DNA of 47,562 nt from Deltaproteobacteria bacterium (GTDB taxonomy: Bacteria > UBA10199 > SPLOWO2-01-44-7). The notes below the pieces were generated by a model that made no database searches, was not told the DNA's origin, and saw only the letters and a list, made by a program, of their open reading frames with translations. Location: the NCBI GenBank assembly GCA_016203765.1, contig JACQMB010000148.1, positions 1-47,562 of the forward strand, read 5' to 3'. Every line of letters begins with the position of its first letter. Positions within the stretch are counted from its first letter, which is position 1. Below are positions 28,223 to 36,747 of this stretch, in pieces. A program made the translations under genes and the position numbers.

Positions 28223-29611
28223 ATGCCATTTTCAAAAGGTGTGGATAACCGTTTTGAACTGCACGAGGCCTATCTCAACGCCCAGCTAGTCCGCCTGCTC
28301 AAAACCATCGGTTTTGACCGGCATTACGTGCGGGCCGAAGGGCCCTATCTTTTTGATGAGGCCGGCGACAAATATCTCGACTGTTTGAGCGGCTATGGGG
28401 TCTTCACCATGGGGAGAAATCATCCCAAAATAAAGAAGGCCCTGGTCGAGGCGCTGGCGGCCGATCTCCCCAGCATGGTCCAGATGGATTGTTCTTTGTT
28501 GGCCGGACAGCTGGCTGAAAAGCTGGTTTCTTATCTGCCCTCCGATTTAAACAAGGTCTTTTTTTGCAATTCGGGAACCGAGGCGGTGGAGGCGGTGATC
28601 AAATTCGCCCGGGCCGCCACCGGGCGCCCCAAAATTATTTATTGCGACCATGCCTTTCACGGCCTGACCTGCGGGGCCCTTTCCCTGAACGGCGATGAAA
28701 TTTTTCGGGATGGTTTTGGGCCTTTTTTGGGAGGATGTGAGGCGGTGTCATTTAATAATCTGGAGGCACTCGAAAGGGCGTTGCAGGGAAAAGACGCCGC
28801 CTGTTTTGTGGTGGAACCCATTCAGGGGAAGGGAGTGAATCTTCCGGATGAAAATTATTTTTCCGAAGTTCGCCGGCTTTGTGATCGCTATGGAACTCTC
28901 TTGTGCATGGATGAGGTCCAAACCGGGTTGGGCCGAACCGGAAAATTTTTGGCTGGTGATCATTGGGGGGTTGAGCCCGACCTGGTCACCCTGGCCAAGG
29001 CCTTGTCGGGCGGCTTTATCCCGGTGGGGGCGGTGGTCGCCAAAAAGTGGATTTTTGCCAAGGTCTTTGACCGGATGGATAAGGCCGTGGTCCACGGCTC
29101 GACTTTCGGCAAAAACAGCCTGGCGATGACTGCAGGGCTGGCGGCGCTTGAAGTGATGAAGGAGGAAAATTTGATTGCGCAGTCCGCCGAAAACGGACAA
29201 AAAATAAAAGAGGGTTTGGAACGGCGGATCGGCAAATACGAATGTGTCCGGGAAGTGCGGGGACTGGGCATGATGCTGGGGATTGAATTCGGTCCGCCGA
29301 AATCCTTCACGTTGAAAGCGGGCTGGAAACTTCTGGAAAAGGCCAACAAGGGGCTTTTCTGCCAGATGATTACCATTCCGTTGTTTAAAAAACACCGGAT
29401 TCTCTGTCAGGTGGCCGGACATAATTCCTACGTGATCAAACTCCTGCCAGCCTTAAACCTTTCCCAAAACGACATCGCCTGGATTCTGGACTCCTTTGAG
29501 GAAACGGTCGCCGCCGCCCACCATTTTCCCGGTGCCATTTGGGAGTTGGGAACCTCCCTGGCCAGTCATGCGGTCTCGGCCAGAAAAGAATTAAGGGCCC
29601 ATGACGGCTAG
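28223..29611 (+). CDS. Class III (omega) aminotransferase
   Basis: NSGTEAVE, MDEVQTGLGRTGKF, TLAKALSGG (PLP lysine). Confidence 0.85.
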   Translation: MPFSKGVDNRFELHEAYLNAQLVRLLKTIGFDRHYVRAEGPYLFDEAGDKYLDCLSGYGVFTMGRNHPKIKKALVEALAADLPSMVQMDCSLLAGQLAEKLVSYLPSDLNKVFFCNSGTEAVEAVIKFARAATGRPKIIYCDHAFHGLTCGALSLNGDEIFRDGFGPFLGGCEAVSFNNLEALERALQGKDAACFVVEPIQGKGVNLPDENYFSEVRRLCDRYGTLLCMDEVQTGLGRTGKFLAGDHWGVEPDLVTLAKALSGGFIPVGAVVAKKWIFAKVFDRMDKAVVHGSTFGKNSLAMTAGLAALEVMKEENLIAQSAENGQKIKEGLERRIGKYECVREVRGLGMMLGIEFGPPKSFTLKAGWKLLEKANKGLFCQMITIPLFKKHRILCQVAGHNSYVIKLLPALNLSQNDIAWILDSFEETVAAAHHFPGAIWELGTSLASHAVSARKELRAHDG

Positions 29612-30731
29612 TACAAATCTGCCACAACTGGTTATCGGCGGGGGTGTGGTGGGGCTGCACGCGGCGATTGCCTTGGCTTCACAACCGGGCCACCCTGAAA
29701 TTTTTCTCCTCGAAAAGGAAAAATTTCTGGGCGATCACACCAGCTCTCGTAACTCCGAGGTGATCCACGCCGGCTTTGCCTATCCGAAAGACTCCAACAA
29801 GGCGAAGTGGTGCGTGGAGGGAAATCGTCTCACTTATCAATGGCTGGATAGGCTGAAGGTCCCCTACAAAAGATGCGGGAAGTGGCTGGTCGCTTTTAAC
29901 GAGCAAGAGGTGCCAGCGCTGACGGCCACGTTGGAGAATGGCGAAAAGTGCGGGGTGGGGGGGATGCGGCCGGCCTCGCTGGCCGAGCTAAGAAAAAAAG
30001 AGCCGGGTTGCGCTGATTTTGGCGGCGTGATTTTTTCGGAGACCTCCGGGATGATGGATGCCGCTTCTTATCTTCGGGCCTTGGAGAGATGTTTCGCGGC
30101 GCAGGAAAATTGCATGCTCATTTATCCTTGTGCCGTCACGGCCATCCATCCGGAGAAAAACACGATCGAAACCACGCGCGGCCCGATGGAATACTCACTG
30201 CTGGTCAATTGCGGGGGACTCTTCGCGGATGAAATTTATAAAATGGCCGGCGGGAAAAAGGATTATCGCATCAAGCCCTTCAAGGGGGAGTATATGATTT
30301 GGCGGAAGGGGCCGATCCAGGAGGTTATCTATCCGGTGCCGAGAAGGTTTTTGCCCGGCGGCGACAAAGACAAGCGTCTGGTCTCCAGCATGGGGGTCCA
30401 TTTGCATCGGGGGGTTGGGGGCGATTTGTATGTGGGTCCAACCCAGGTCGAACTCGATTGGAGCCAAAAAACCGATTACAACATTGTAACCCCGCCGCAG
30501 GAATTTGCGCTGCAGGCCAGTCAATATACAAAGAAGGAAATTCCGGTCGGCGAACTGGAGCCGGCCTATGCCGGCAACCGGCCCAAACTTTATATCGATG
30601 GGAATCCTTATGGTGATTTTTTGATCCTCAGGGAAAAAAAACAGATCCACATCCTGGGAACCGATTCGCCGGGCCTGACGGCTGCCCCCGCTATCGCTCA
30701 AGAAGTTCTACGCCAGGTGTCGGCCCCCTAG
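29601..30731 (+). CDS. FAD-dependent oxidoreductase, L-2-hydroxyglutarate oxidase (LhgO)-like
   Basis: VIGGGVVGLHAA dinucleotide fold. SSRNSEVIHAGFAYPKDSNKAKWCVEGN resembles E. coli LhgO. It overlaps the aminotransferase gene by 11 nt. Confidence 0.72.
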   Translation: MTASTNLPQLVIGGGVVGLHAAIALASQPGHPEIFLLEKEKFLGDHTSSRNSEVIHAGFAYPKDSNKAKWCVEGNRLTYQWLDRLKVPYKRCGKWLVAFNEQEVPALTATLENGEKCGVGGMRPASLAELRKKEPGCADFGGVIFSETSGMMDAASYLRALERCFAAQENCMLIYPCAVTAIHPEKNTIETTRGPMEYSLLVNCGGLFADEIYKMAGGKKDYRIKPFKGEYMIWRKGPIQEVIYPVPRRFLPGGDKDKRLVSSMGVHLHRGVGGDLYVGPTQVELDWSQKTDYNIVTPPQEFALQASQYTKKEIPVGELEPAYAGNRPKLYIDGNPYGDFLILREKKQIHILGTDSPGLTAAPAIAQEVLRQVSAP

Positions 30732-30871
30732 CAAAAATCGGTCTCTTCGGGATCGCCGTAGGTGATATCGGAGGGTTTTTGGTCTTGGGCCTGAAGGGTG
30801 GTTAATGGGCCCAAACAGAGGTAACCTATTGAAATTGCTAACAAAAGTAATTTTAAAGCCTGTCCTGCCAT
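30728..30871 (-). CDS. Candidate 47-aa secreted peptide (below the ORF-track size cut-off)
   Basis: Own translation: MAGQALKLLLLAISIGYLCLGPLTTLQAQDQKPSDITYGDPEETDFC. RBS GAGGTGA ~7 nt upstream. N-terminus looks like a signal peptide. Confidence 0.4.
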   Translation of the reverse strand: MAGQALKLLLLAISIGYLCLGPLTTLQAQDQKPSDITYGDPEETDFC

Positions 30872-30923
30872 CTTTCTCACCTCTCACTATAGTTATCGGC
30901 AGGAAGGACCCAAAAGTTGCGTG

Positions 30924-32192
30924 TTAGCGGGGAGAGGTCTTTTCGGTTAAAGAAATCCCCAGTTCTTTCAATTCGGCCAAAACCGGCTCATAGATTTCCC
31001 GGCAAACGGGGATTTGAACGCCCTTGAGCGAGATTTTTTCCTCCAAGATGAGGCGGGCGGCGGCGGCCGCCGGCAGGCCCACCGTGCGCGACATGGAGGT
31101 GTCGCCGTTGGGAATGCCAAAGTCGACCAGGGTGGAAGTGATCCGCTCTTTTTTATCCGGAAATTGAGCGATAAACTCATGATGCATCACCAGCATGTCC
31201 CTTTCGCCGGCGGCATACTTTAATTTTCTCTCCAAGGCGTCACTCAAGAGGTCAAGGGCCGTCCCCTTTTGCAACGGGATTTGGGCATCACTGTACAAGC
31301 CCAGCCACTCAAACCACTGCCGGGCGGAGGGACTGGCGGGGGCCGGCCGCCTCTTCATCCACCCACCGTATGTTTCCTTCGAAAAATCGGAAATTTCCGC
31401 ATCGTCATACAGATTCAAATCGGCAATGCACTTCCACGTTTCACACCAGCCTTTGTTGCGCAAGGTGCCGCGGTACATCGTTTGAATTCCATCCAGGCCG
31501 TAGATATCGATGTAGCTTAGCGAGTCGCGGTTGGGATAGGCGTCAAACATTCCCGCGCCGTCGACGGCGACCTCCCAGGTGTGGGTAAAAAGGTCACGCG
31601 GAGCGATTTCAACAACCCGTCCCTCTTTCAAATACTTTGCCCCGTTGCGGGCCGCCAGCACCACGCCCCGCGGCGACCAGCTGAATTTATAGCCCCAAGG
31701 ATTGTTGTTGGCCTCGGGCGCGGGAAGGCCGCCGCAATAGGAATAAAACGAAACCGTTTTGCCGCCCTGGTCGCGCACATGATCGATGATTTGCATCGCC
31801 GACATATGATCGATGCCGGGGTCCACCCCGATTTCGTTCAGCAGAATAACGCCGGCGGTCCTGGCCGTCGCATCCAGCTTGCGCATCGCTTCACTCACGT
31901 ACGAAGTGGTGACCATCGGTTTCTTGTGTTCAACGCAAAGCTCGGCGACCTTGGGATGGTGGAGGTAAGGGAGAAGGCTGATTGTTAAATCGGTTTGCCG
32001 AACCAGGCGGGAGAGCGCGTCGCTGTCATCACTATTCCATTGCCGGGCCCTTCCGCCGGGATGATTGCCGATCAATTTTTTCGCCTTGGCAAGGGTCCGC
32101 GACGCCACCGTTACCGCAAACCCGTGCTCGAGGAGATACCGGACCAGCCCTCCGGCCACCAACCCGGCTCCCAGCACAAGGACTTTTTTCAT
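30924..32192 (-). CDS. Saccharopine dehydrogenase (LYS9/SDH-type, glutamate-forming)
   Basis: KKVLVLGAGLVAGGLVRYLLEHGFAVTVASRTLAKAKKL Rossmann N-terminus. 422 aa. ATGA overlap with the upstream LKR-like gene. Confidence 0.82.
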   Translation of the reverse strand: MKKVLVLGAGLVAGGLVRYLLEHGFAVTVASRTLAKAKKLIGNHPGGRARQWNSDDSDALSRLVRQTDLTISLLPYLHHPKVAELCVEHKKPMVTTSYVSEAMRKLDATARTAGVILLNEIGVDPGIDHMSAMQIIDHVRDQGGKTVSFYSYCGGLPAPEANNNPWGYKFSWSPRGVVLAARNGAKYLKEGRVVEIAPRDLFTHTWEVAVDGAGMFDAYPNRDSLSYIDIYGLDGIQTMYRGTLRNKGWCETWKCIADLNLYDDAEISDFSKETYGGWMKRRPAPASPSARQWFEWLGLYSDAQIPLQKGTALDLLSDALERKLKYAAGERDMLVMHHEFIAQFPDKKERITSTLVDFGIPNGDTSMSRTVGLPAAAAARLILEEKISLKGVQIPVCREIYEPVLAELKELGISLTEKTSPR

Positions 32193-33391
32193 AGCGCCTC
32201 TTTAAGATATTCAAAGTCCGGTGTCAACCGCCCTCCGTGGCAAATGACGGCATTCTTTAGCTCTGCGGGGAGGTCCAGTTTTTCAAAGGGGAGCGCGTAA
32301 TCGGCCCTGGCGATGGCCGGGACCAGGGGTTTTAAGGCGGCGCTAAAATCGATCGAGGCCTCCCGGGCCACCTCACAGGGGAGATTATCCACGGCCAGAA
32401 TGACCGGCCCGCTTCCCTTGAAACCGTCGACGGCCCTGTTTTTCTCCAGATCGTAAACATAAACCGGATTGCCGGGGTCGGTCGCCTTCACCGTCACTTC
32501 GATGGAGCCTTCCACATCGCAGGAGATGTCGCCGATGACTTTCAGGCGGGGTGCCTTCTTCAAACCGGCCTTGGTGACCAGGCGCGGATAATTTTTCTCC
32601 CACTAGAAGGCGTTGATAAGCAGATCGAGGCCGGGCAGATATTTTTCAAAAACCGAACGATAGTTTTGAGGGTTTTGATAATAATCCCGAAGATCAAACG
32701 GGGCGCCGTCGGCGCGCTCGAACAGGTCCGATTCTTTAAAAACGATTTTTTTGGCCTGGGACGCCGGCAAAAGGTCAAAAATTTCCTGCGCCCCTTGTGA
32801 AACCCTGCCGTAACCGGCAAAACCGCAGACCAGCGTCGTGCGCATTCGCCTCCCGGCTTGCAGGACGGCTTCGCGGATGGCTTCCAGCGAAGGGTAGGTG
32901 TGCGCCGGTTTTAACTGGCGAAAAGGATTGTTCACCCCTTTGCCGTCAAGCCGCCGGCCGTAGGCCCACAGACTGTCCATCATCCCCGCGATTCCCGCGT
33001 GGCGGCCAAAGGCAATCAGCCGCCGGCCATCCCCGTCCGCTATTTTTTCATAGTCGATCAAGGTACATGAAAGATCGAGAAGTTTTTTAAGCATCGGCAT
33101 ACCGGCCTTTTGCCCCTTGATCGTGTGGGAAAAAAAGATGTAGACGCCGTTCGATCGGAAAAAGGAAACCGGCATTTCCTTGACGGCGAAGACAATGGGG
33201 CATGCGGCCGCACTCTTCACGACTTTGGCCCCGGCGGCCGCATAGTCCGCATCGGAAAAAACGCGCCGGGCGGATGACTCAACCTGAAATTCGATTTTTT
33301 CCTTTCGGATCAGTCCTTGAATGTCGGAGGGGGTAAGGGGAACTCTCTTCTCCCAGATGTTTTTGTCTTCCTTGCGGATTCCAATCAACAT
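32189..33391 (-). pseudogene. Lysine-ketoglutarate reductase-like (AlaDH/PNT-fold saccharopine dehydrogenase, lysine-forming) gene interrupted by one in-frame TAG
   Basis: ORFs 32603-33391 and 32189-32563 are in the same frame. The read-through sequence ...LLINAF*WEKNYPRLVTKAGLKKAPRLKVIGDISCD aligns with human AASS ...LINGIYWEQNTPRLL...VAICDISAD. The TAG (32603-32605) sits at the conserved Tyr. Confidence 0.7.
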
Positions 33392-33452
33392 GCCTTATAG
33401 CGCCCCTCCCCACTTCAGGCGGGGGAGGGGGAGCTACAAGTGCATTTCACTT

Positions 33453-33611
33453 CTAATGCTTTCTCGCAAGTCTTTTCCGCTTCACATAGTTCCACAGCTT
33501 TTTGGTCATTAGGCTGGGACCCAGGCGTTTGGATCCGAAGACTTTTTGAATGGGATCCTTACAGCCCTTGAAGCAGATGGCGTAGCCGCCAAAGGCTTTT
33601 CTTTTTGACAT
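33453..33611 (-). CDS. Candidate 52-aa basic protein with a SWIB/MDM2-like half motif (below the ORF-track cut-off)
   Basis: Own translation: MSKRKAFGGYAICFKGCKDPIQKVFGSKRLGPSLMTKKLWNYVKRKRLARKH. Strong RBS AGGAGGTGA 8 nt upstream. The V-G-K-L...KKLW-YVK pattern resembles bacterial SWIB domains. Confidence 0.45.
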   Translation of the reverse strand: MSKRKAFGGYAICFKGCKDPIQKVFGSKRLGPSLMTKKLWNYVKRKRLARKH

Positions 33612-33768
33612 CGTTGCTCACCTCCTGTTCCTTGGGTGCTAATGAGTATTTTTTCACATTTTCCGAGAGAGCGCCAGATTTTTTCTTTCTCGGAGGTCAT
33701 ATAACGGCGGAAACAAAAACATTTGCAAAAGAGGTAAAGATACGGTTAAACAGCATTTAAAGGTAAAA

Positions 33769-34764
33769 ATGCAGGCATTGGTAACAGGGGGAAGCGGTTT
33801 TATCGGGGCCAATCTGGTCCGGGCCCTCCTAAAAAAGGGGGTTGGGGTGCGGGTTTTGGTCCGCAAAACGAGCTCGCGAAAGGCCCTGACTGGACTCGAC
33901 ATCGAATTTTACGAGGGAGATCTGCGCGATTGCGCCTCGCTGGGGAGGGCCTTCCAAGGTTGTGATCTTTTATTTCACACGGCGGCCCACTATGACTTCT
34001 GGGCCCCCGACCGGAGGATTTTTTATGACGTCAACGTCGGGGGAACCGAAAATATTCTGAAGGCCGCCCGCCGCGCAGGCATCCCAAAAATTGTTTATAC
34101 CAGCACGGTCGGAACCCTTCGTTGTCCGGAAAATCAGGGGAAACCATCGGATGAAACTTGTTGTGCGACCGAGGCCGAGATGGAAAATGATTACAAGCGC
34201 TCCAAGTTCTTGGCCGAGCAGTTGGTGTTGCGGTATGCAAGGGAAGGCCTGCCTGTTGTGATTGTAAACCCCTCGGCACCGATCGGCGCCTTCGATGTGC
34301 GGCCGACCCCCACCGGCAAAATCATCCTCGATTTTTTGCAGGGAAAGATCCCGGCTTATGTCGATACGGGATTGAATATCATTGATGTGGAGGATGTGGC
34401 CGAGGGCCACTGGTTGGCCGCCCAAAAAGGAAAAACGGGCGAGCGCTATATTTTGGGAAACAAAAACATTTCGCTTCGGGCTATCTACGAGGCCGTTGCA
34501 AAATTGAATTGCCGGGCGGCACCCCGCCTTTGCATTCCCTACGGCCTGGCTTGGGTTATGGCTCTGGGGAGCGAGGTGGCCTCCCGTTTTCAAAAGAAAC
34601 GCCCTAAAATTTCGCTGGGGGCGGTCAAGATGGCCCGGCGGCACATGTATTTTGACGCCTCCAAGGCGGTTCGGGAGCTGGACCTTCCCCAAAGTCCCGT
34701 GGAAAAAGCCTTTGCCAAGGCTGTCGGCTGGTTCCAGTCGAATGGGTATTTACAACCAACCTAG
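33769..34764 (+). CDS. NAD-dependent epimerase/reductase, HpnA (hopanoid-associated sugar epimerase)-like
   Basis: ALVTGGSGFIGANLVRALL...VRVLVR...EGDLRD...LFHTAAHY..., YKRSK. 331 aa. Confidence 0.75.
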   Translation: MQALVTGGSGFIGANLVRALLKKGVGVRVLVRKTSSRKALTGLDIEFYEGDLRDCASLGRAFQGCDLLFHTAAHYDFWAPDRRIFYDVNVGGTENILKAARRAGIPKIVYTSTVGTLRCPENQGKPSDETCCATEAEMENDYKRSKFLAEQLVLRYAREGLPVVIVNPSAPIGAFDVRPTPTGKIILDFLQGKIPAYVDTGLNIIDVEDVAEGHWLAAQKGKTGERYILGNKNISLRAIYEAVAKLNCRAAPRLCIPYGLAWVMALGSEVASRFQKKRPKISLGAVKMARRHMYFDASKAVRELDLPQSPVEKAFAKAVGWFQSNGYLQPT

Positions 34765-34785
34765 TTCTTGCTAGGGTGCCGCCCC

Positions 34786-35388
34786 ATGGCCGGTAACCGG
34801 GATTATTATCAAATCCTGCAAATTTCCCCCAAGGCCGATCCGGCGATCGTAAAGGCGGCCTACTACGCCCATCTGAAGACCTTGAAAAAGCATCCGGACC
34901 TGGGGGGCGATCATGAAGAGGCGAGCCTTATCAACGAGGCCTATGAGATTTTGGGTGATTCCGAACGCCGGCGTCAATACGATCAACAATTTTTGAAAGG
35001 TTTTGCCTCCGAAGCCTCCGCGCCTGAGCCAAATCCCTTTTCTCCTCAAGAGGAACTGCGCAAGCACCGGCGTTTTATCTTTCAAAATTCGTTTTCGTAC
35101 CGTTCCCGCGCTTGGCGAAACGGAAAGTGGGTGGCCGCCCATTTCCGGGACATCTCTTTGTCGGGGGCCTGTTTTCGTTCCCGGGAAGTTTTTAAAAAAG
35201 GGGAAACGCTGGAGCTCGACGTCTCGGATCATCCGAATATCAAGATTCCAGCCGAGGTAAGATGGGTTCGCCCCATTCCCCACCGGTTCGGCCCCCCCGT
35301 TTACGAGGGGGGCGTGGAATTTAAACAAGCGGATGAAAAGGCCTTCCGCCGCTGGCTAAAGGATGAGGGTCTCTTCGAAGTGGCTTAA
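34786..35388 (+). CDS. J-domain (DnaJ-like) protein fused to a C-terminal PilZ domain
   Basis: J domain DYYQILQISPKADPAIVKAAYYAHLKTLKKHPDLGG with HPD. PilZ motifs RKHRR (RxxxR) and DISLSG (DxSxxG) ~28 aa apart. I prefer ATG 34786 over TTG 34768. Confidence 0.75.
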   Translation: MAGNRDYYQILQISPKADPAIVKAAYYAHLKTLKKHPDLGGDHEEASLINEAYEILGDSERRRQYDQQFLKGFASEASAPEPNPFSPQEELRKHRRFIFQNSFSYRSRAWRNGKWVAAHFRDISLSGACFRSREVFKKGETLELDVSDHPNIKIPAEVRWVRPIPHRFGPPVYEGGVEFKQADEKAFRRWLKDEGLFEVA

Positions 35389-36279
35389 TTTTTTGAAGGC
35401 CTGGAAGCGCTCCTGAATTTCTTTTTTGGTCAGTGTGCGCATCCTCTCCAATCCAAAATCCTCCACCTGAAAGCTGGCCATCGTCGAGCCGCAGACCACG
35501 GCGTGTTTCAGGTTCTCTTCGGTGAGGGGGGCGTTTTTTTTGGCCAAAAAACCGATAAAGCCGCCGGCAAAACTGTCCCCGGCGCCGGTCGGATCCTTTA
35601 AATCCTCCAGGGGATAACCGGGGGCTGAAAAAACAAAATCGTCGGCAAACAGCATCGCCCCGTATTCCCCCTGCTTCACCACCAAAATTTTTGGACCCCA
35701 GGAGCGGATTTTCTTGAAGGCCTTGGTCAGGTTGTATTCCCCGGTCAGCTGTCTGGCTTCCGATTCATTGACGAGGAGGCAATCGGCGTGCCGCAGCGTG
35801 TTTAACAGTTCTTTTCGTTTCCCCTGAATCCAAAAATTCATCGTGTCCATCGCCACCAATTTGGGTTTTTGAACCTGCTTCAAAACCTTGACCTGAAGCT
35901 CCGGGTCGATGTTGGCCAAAAAAATATGAGAGGCGGACCTGAAATTTTCGGGAAGGGCGGGGTTAAATTCGGCAAAGACATTCAGCTGGGTATCGAGTGT
36001 TTGAGCCTCATTCAAGTCGTAACCGTATTTTCCCTTCCAGAAAAAGGTCTTCCCCTCTTTTTGAATTTGCAGGCCCGCAAGATCGACCCCCCGCCTCTTC
36101 AAGAAATCGAGTTCTTTTTCGTCAAAATCGCCCCCCACCACGCCGACCAGCTGGACCGGGGCAAAAAAAGAAGCGGAGGCGCTAAAATGAGTGGCCGCCC
36201 CGCCGAGGATCCGCTCTTTTTTTCCAAAGGGGGTTTCCAGACCGTCATAGGCAACCGAACCGACCACCAGGATTGTCAT
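35356..36279 (-). CDS. PfkB-family carbohydrate/nucleoside kinase
   Basis: LGGAATHFS, DPTGAGDSFAGGF. 307 aa. Confidence 0.85.
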   Translation of the reverse strand: MTILVVGSVAYDGLETPFGKKERILGGAATHFSASASFFAPVQLVGVVGGDFDEKELDFLKRRGVDLAGLQIQKEGKTFFWKGKYGYDLNEAQTLDTQLNVFAEFNPALPENFRSASHIFLANIDPELQVKVLKQVQKPKLVAMDTMNFWIQGKRKELLNTLRHADCLLVNESEARQLTGEYNLTKAFKKIRSWGPKILVVKQGEYGAMLFADDFVFSAPGYPLEDLKDPTGAGDSFAGGFIGFLAKKNAPLTEENLKHAVVCGSTMASFQVEDFGLERMRTLTKKEIQERFQAFKKLSHFEETLIL

Positions 36280-36360
36280 GGCGGTTAGTGCGTAGGTCAG
36301 TTTTCACCCCCTGTCAATTTCAATTCCTCGTCGGATAAAGTTCAAAAACAATAATTCTAT

Positions 36361-36389
36361 TTGCTCGGTTAAAATAGAAGATGTAAAAT
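36361..36389 (+). promoter_or_regulatory. Candidate sigma70 promoter TTGCTC-17 nt-TAAAAT
   Basis: -35 element at 36361-36366 and -10 element at 36384-36389, 25 nt upstream of ATG 36415. Confidence 0.35.
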
Positions 36390-36414
36390 GGCCCTAAGAA
36401 AGGGGGGTGAAAAA

Positions 36415-36732
36415 ATGAAGCTTTTAATCCGGTTGGTTGTGTGTCTCGTCCTGGCTTTAAGCTTAGGATTCATCGCGGCGGAGGCCAAAGAGAAGAAAGC
36501 GATAGAGAAGGATTATGCCTTGCCCGTTCTCTGTTCAGCGGAAAACGCCGAAGCGCCGATTCTTCTTGCCCAGACCTGTCCGGGCCAGCATACCTGCATC
36601 ACGACCGGCTGTGGCGTGATGTCTGGCCAGGTTTATTGCTGTCCGCAGGGGTATCGCTATTTGAACCATTGTGATTGCCAGTGCTATAACAGCACCGATT
36701 TTGACTGCAATTCCTACACACGTTGTGATTAG
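36415..36732 (+). CDS. Small secreted Cys-rich protein (11 Cys in ~80 mature residues), unknown family
   Basis: RBS GGGGGTGA. Signal peptide MKLLIRLVVCLVLALSLGFIAAEA. Mature part contains TCPGQHTCITTGCGVMSGQVYCCPQGYRYLNHCDCQCYNSTDFDCNSYTRCD. Confidence 0.6.
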   Translation: MKLLIRLVVCLVLALSLGFIAAEAKEKKAIEKDYALPVLCSAENAEAPILLAQTCPGQHTCITTGCGVMSGQVYCCPQGYRYLNHCDCQCYNSTDFDCNSYTRCD

Positions 36733-36747
36733 GTCGGTTCTGAAGGG

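Noticed and set aside
32603-32605. Genome-wide TAG reassignment or pyrrolysine as the explanation for the in-frame TAG.
   Set aside because: TAG terminates several confident genes at the expected protein ends (187-558, 2111-2557, hemN, fumC, 29601-30731, 33769-34764). The interrupted position is a conserved Tyr, which fits a point mutation.
33509-33700. 63-aa minus-strand ORF from the track in the 33392-33768 gap.
   Set aside because: It has no RBS and an implausible composition. The overlapping 52-codon ORF in another frame (33453-33611) has a strong RBS and a recognisable motif.
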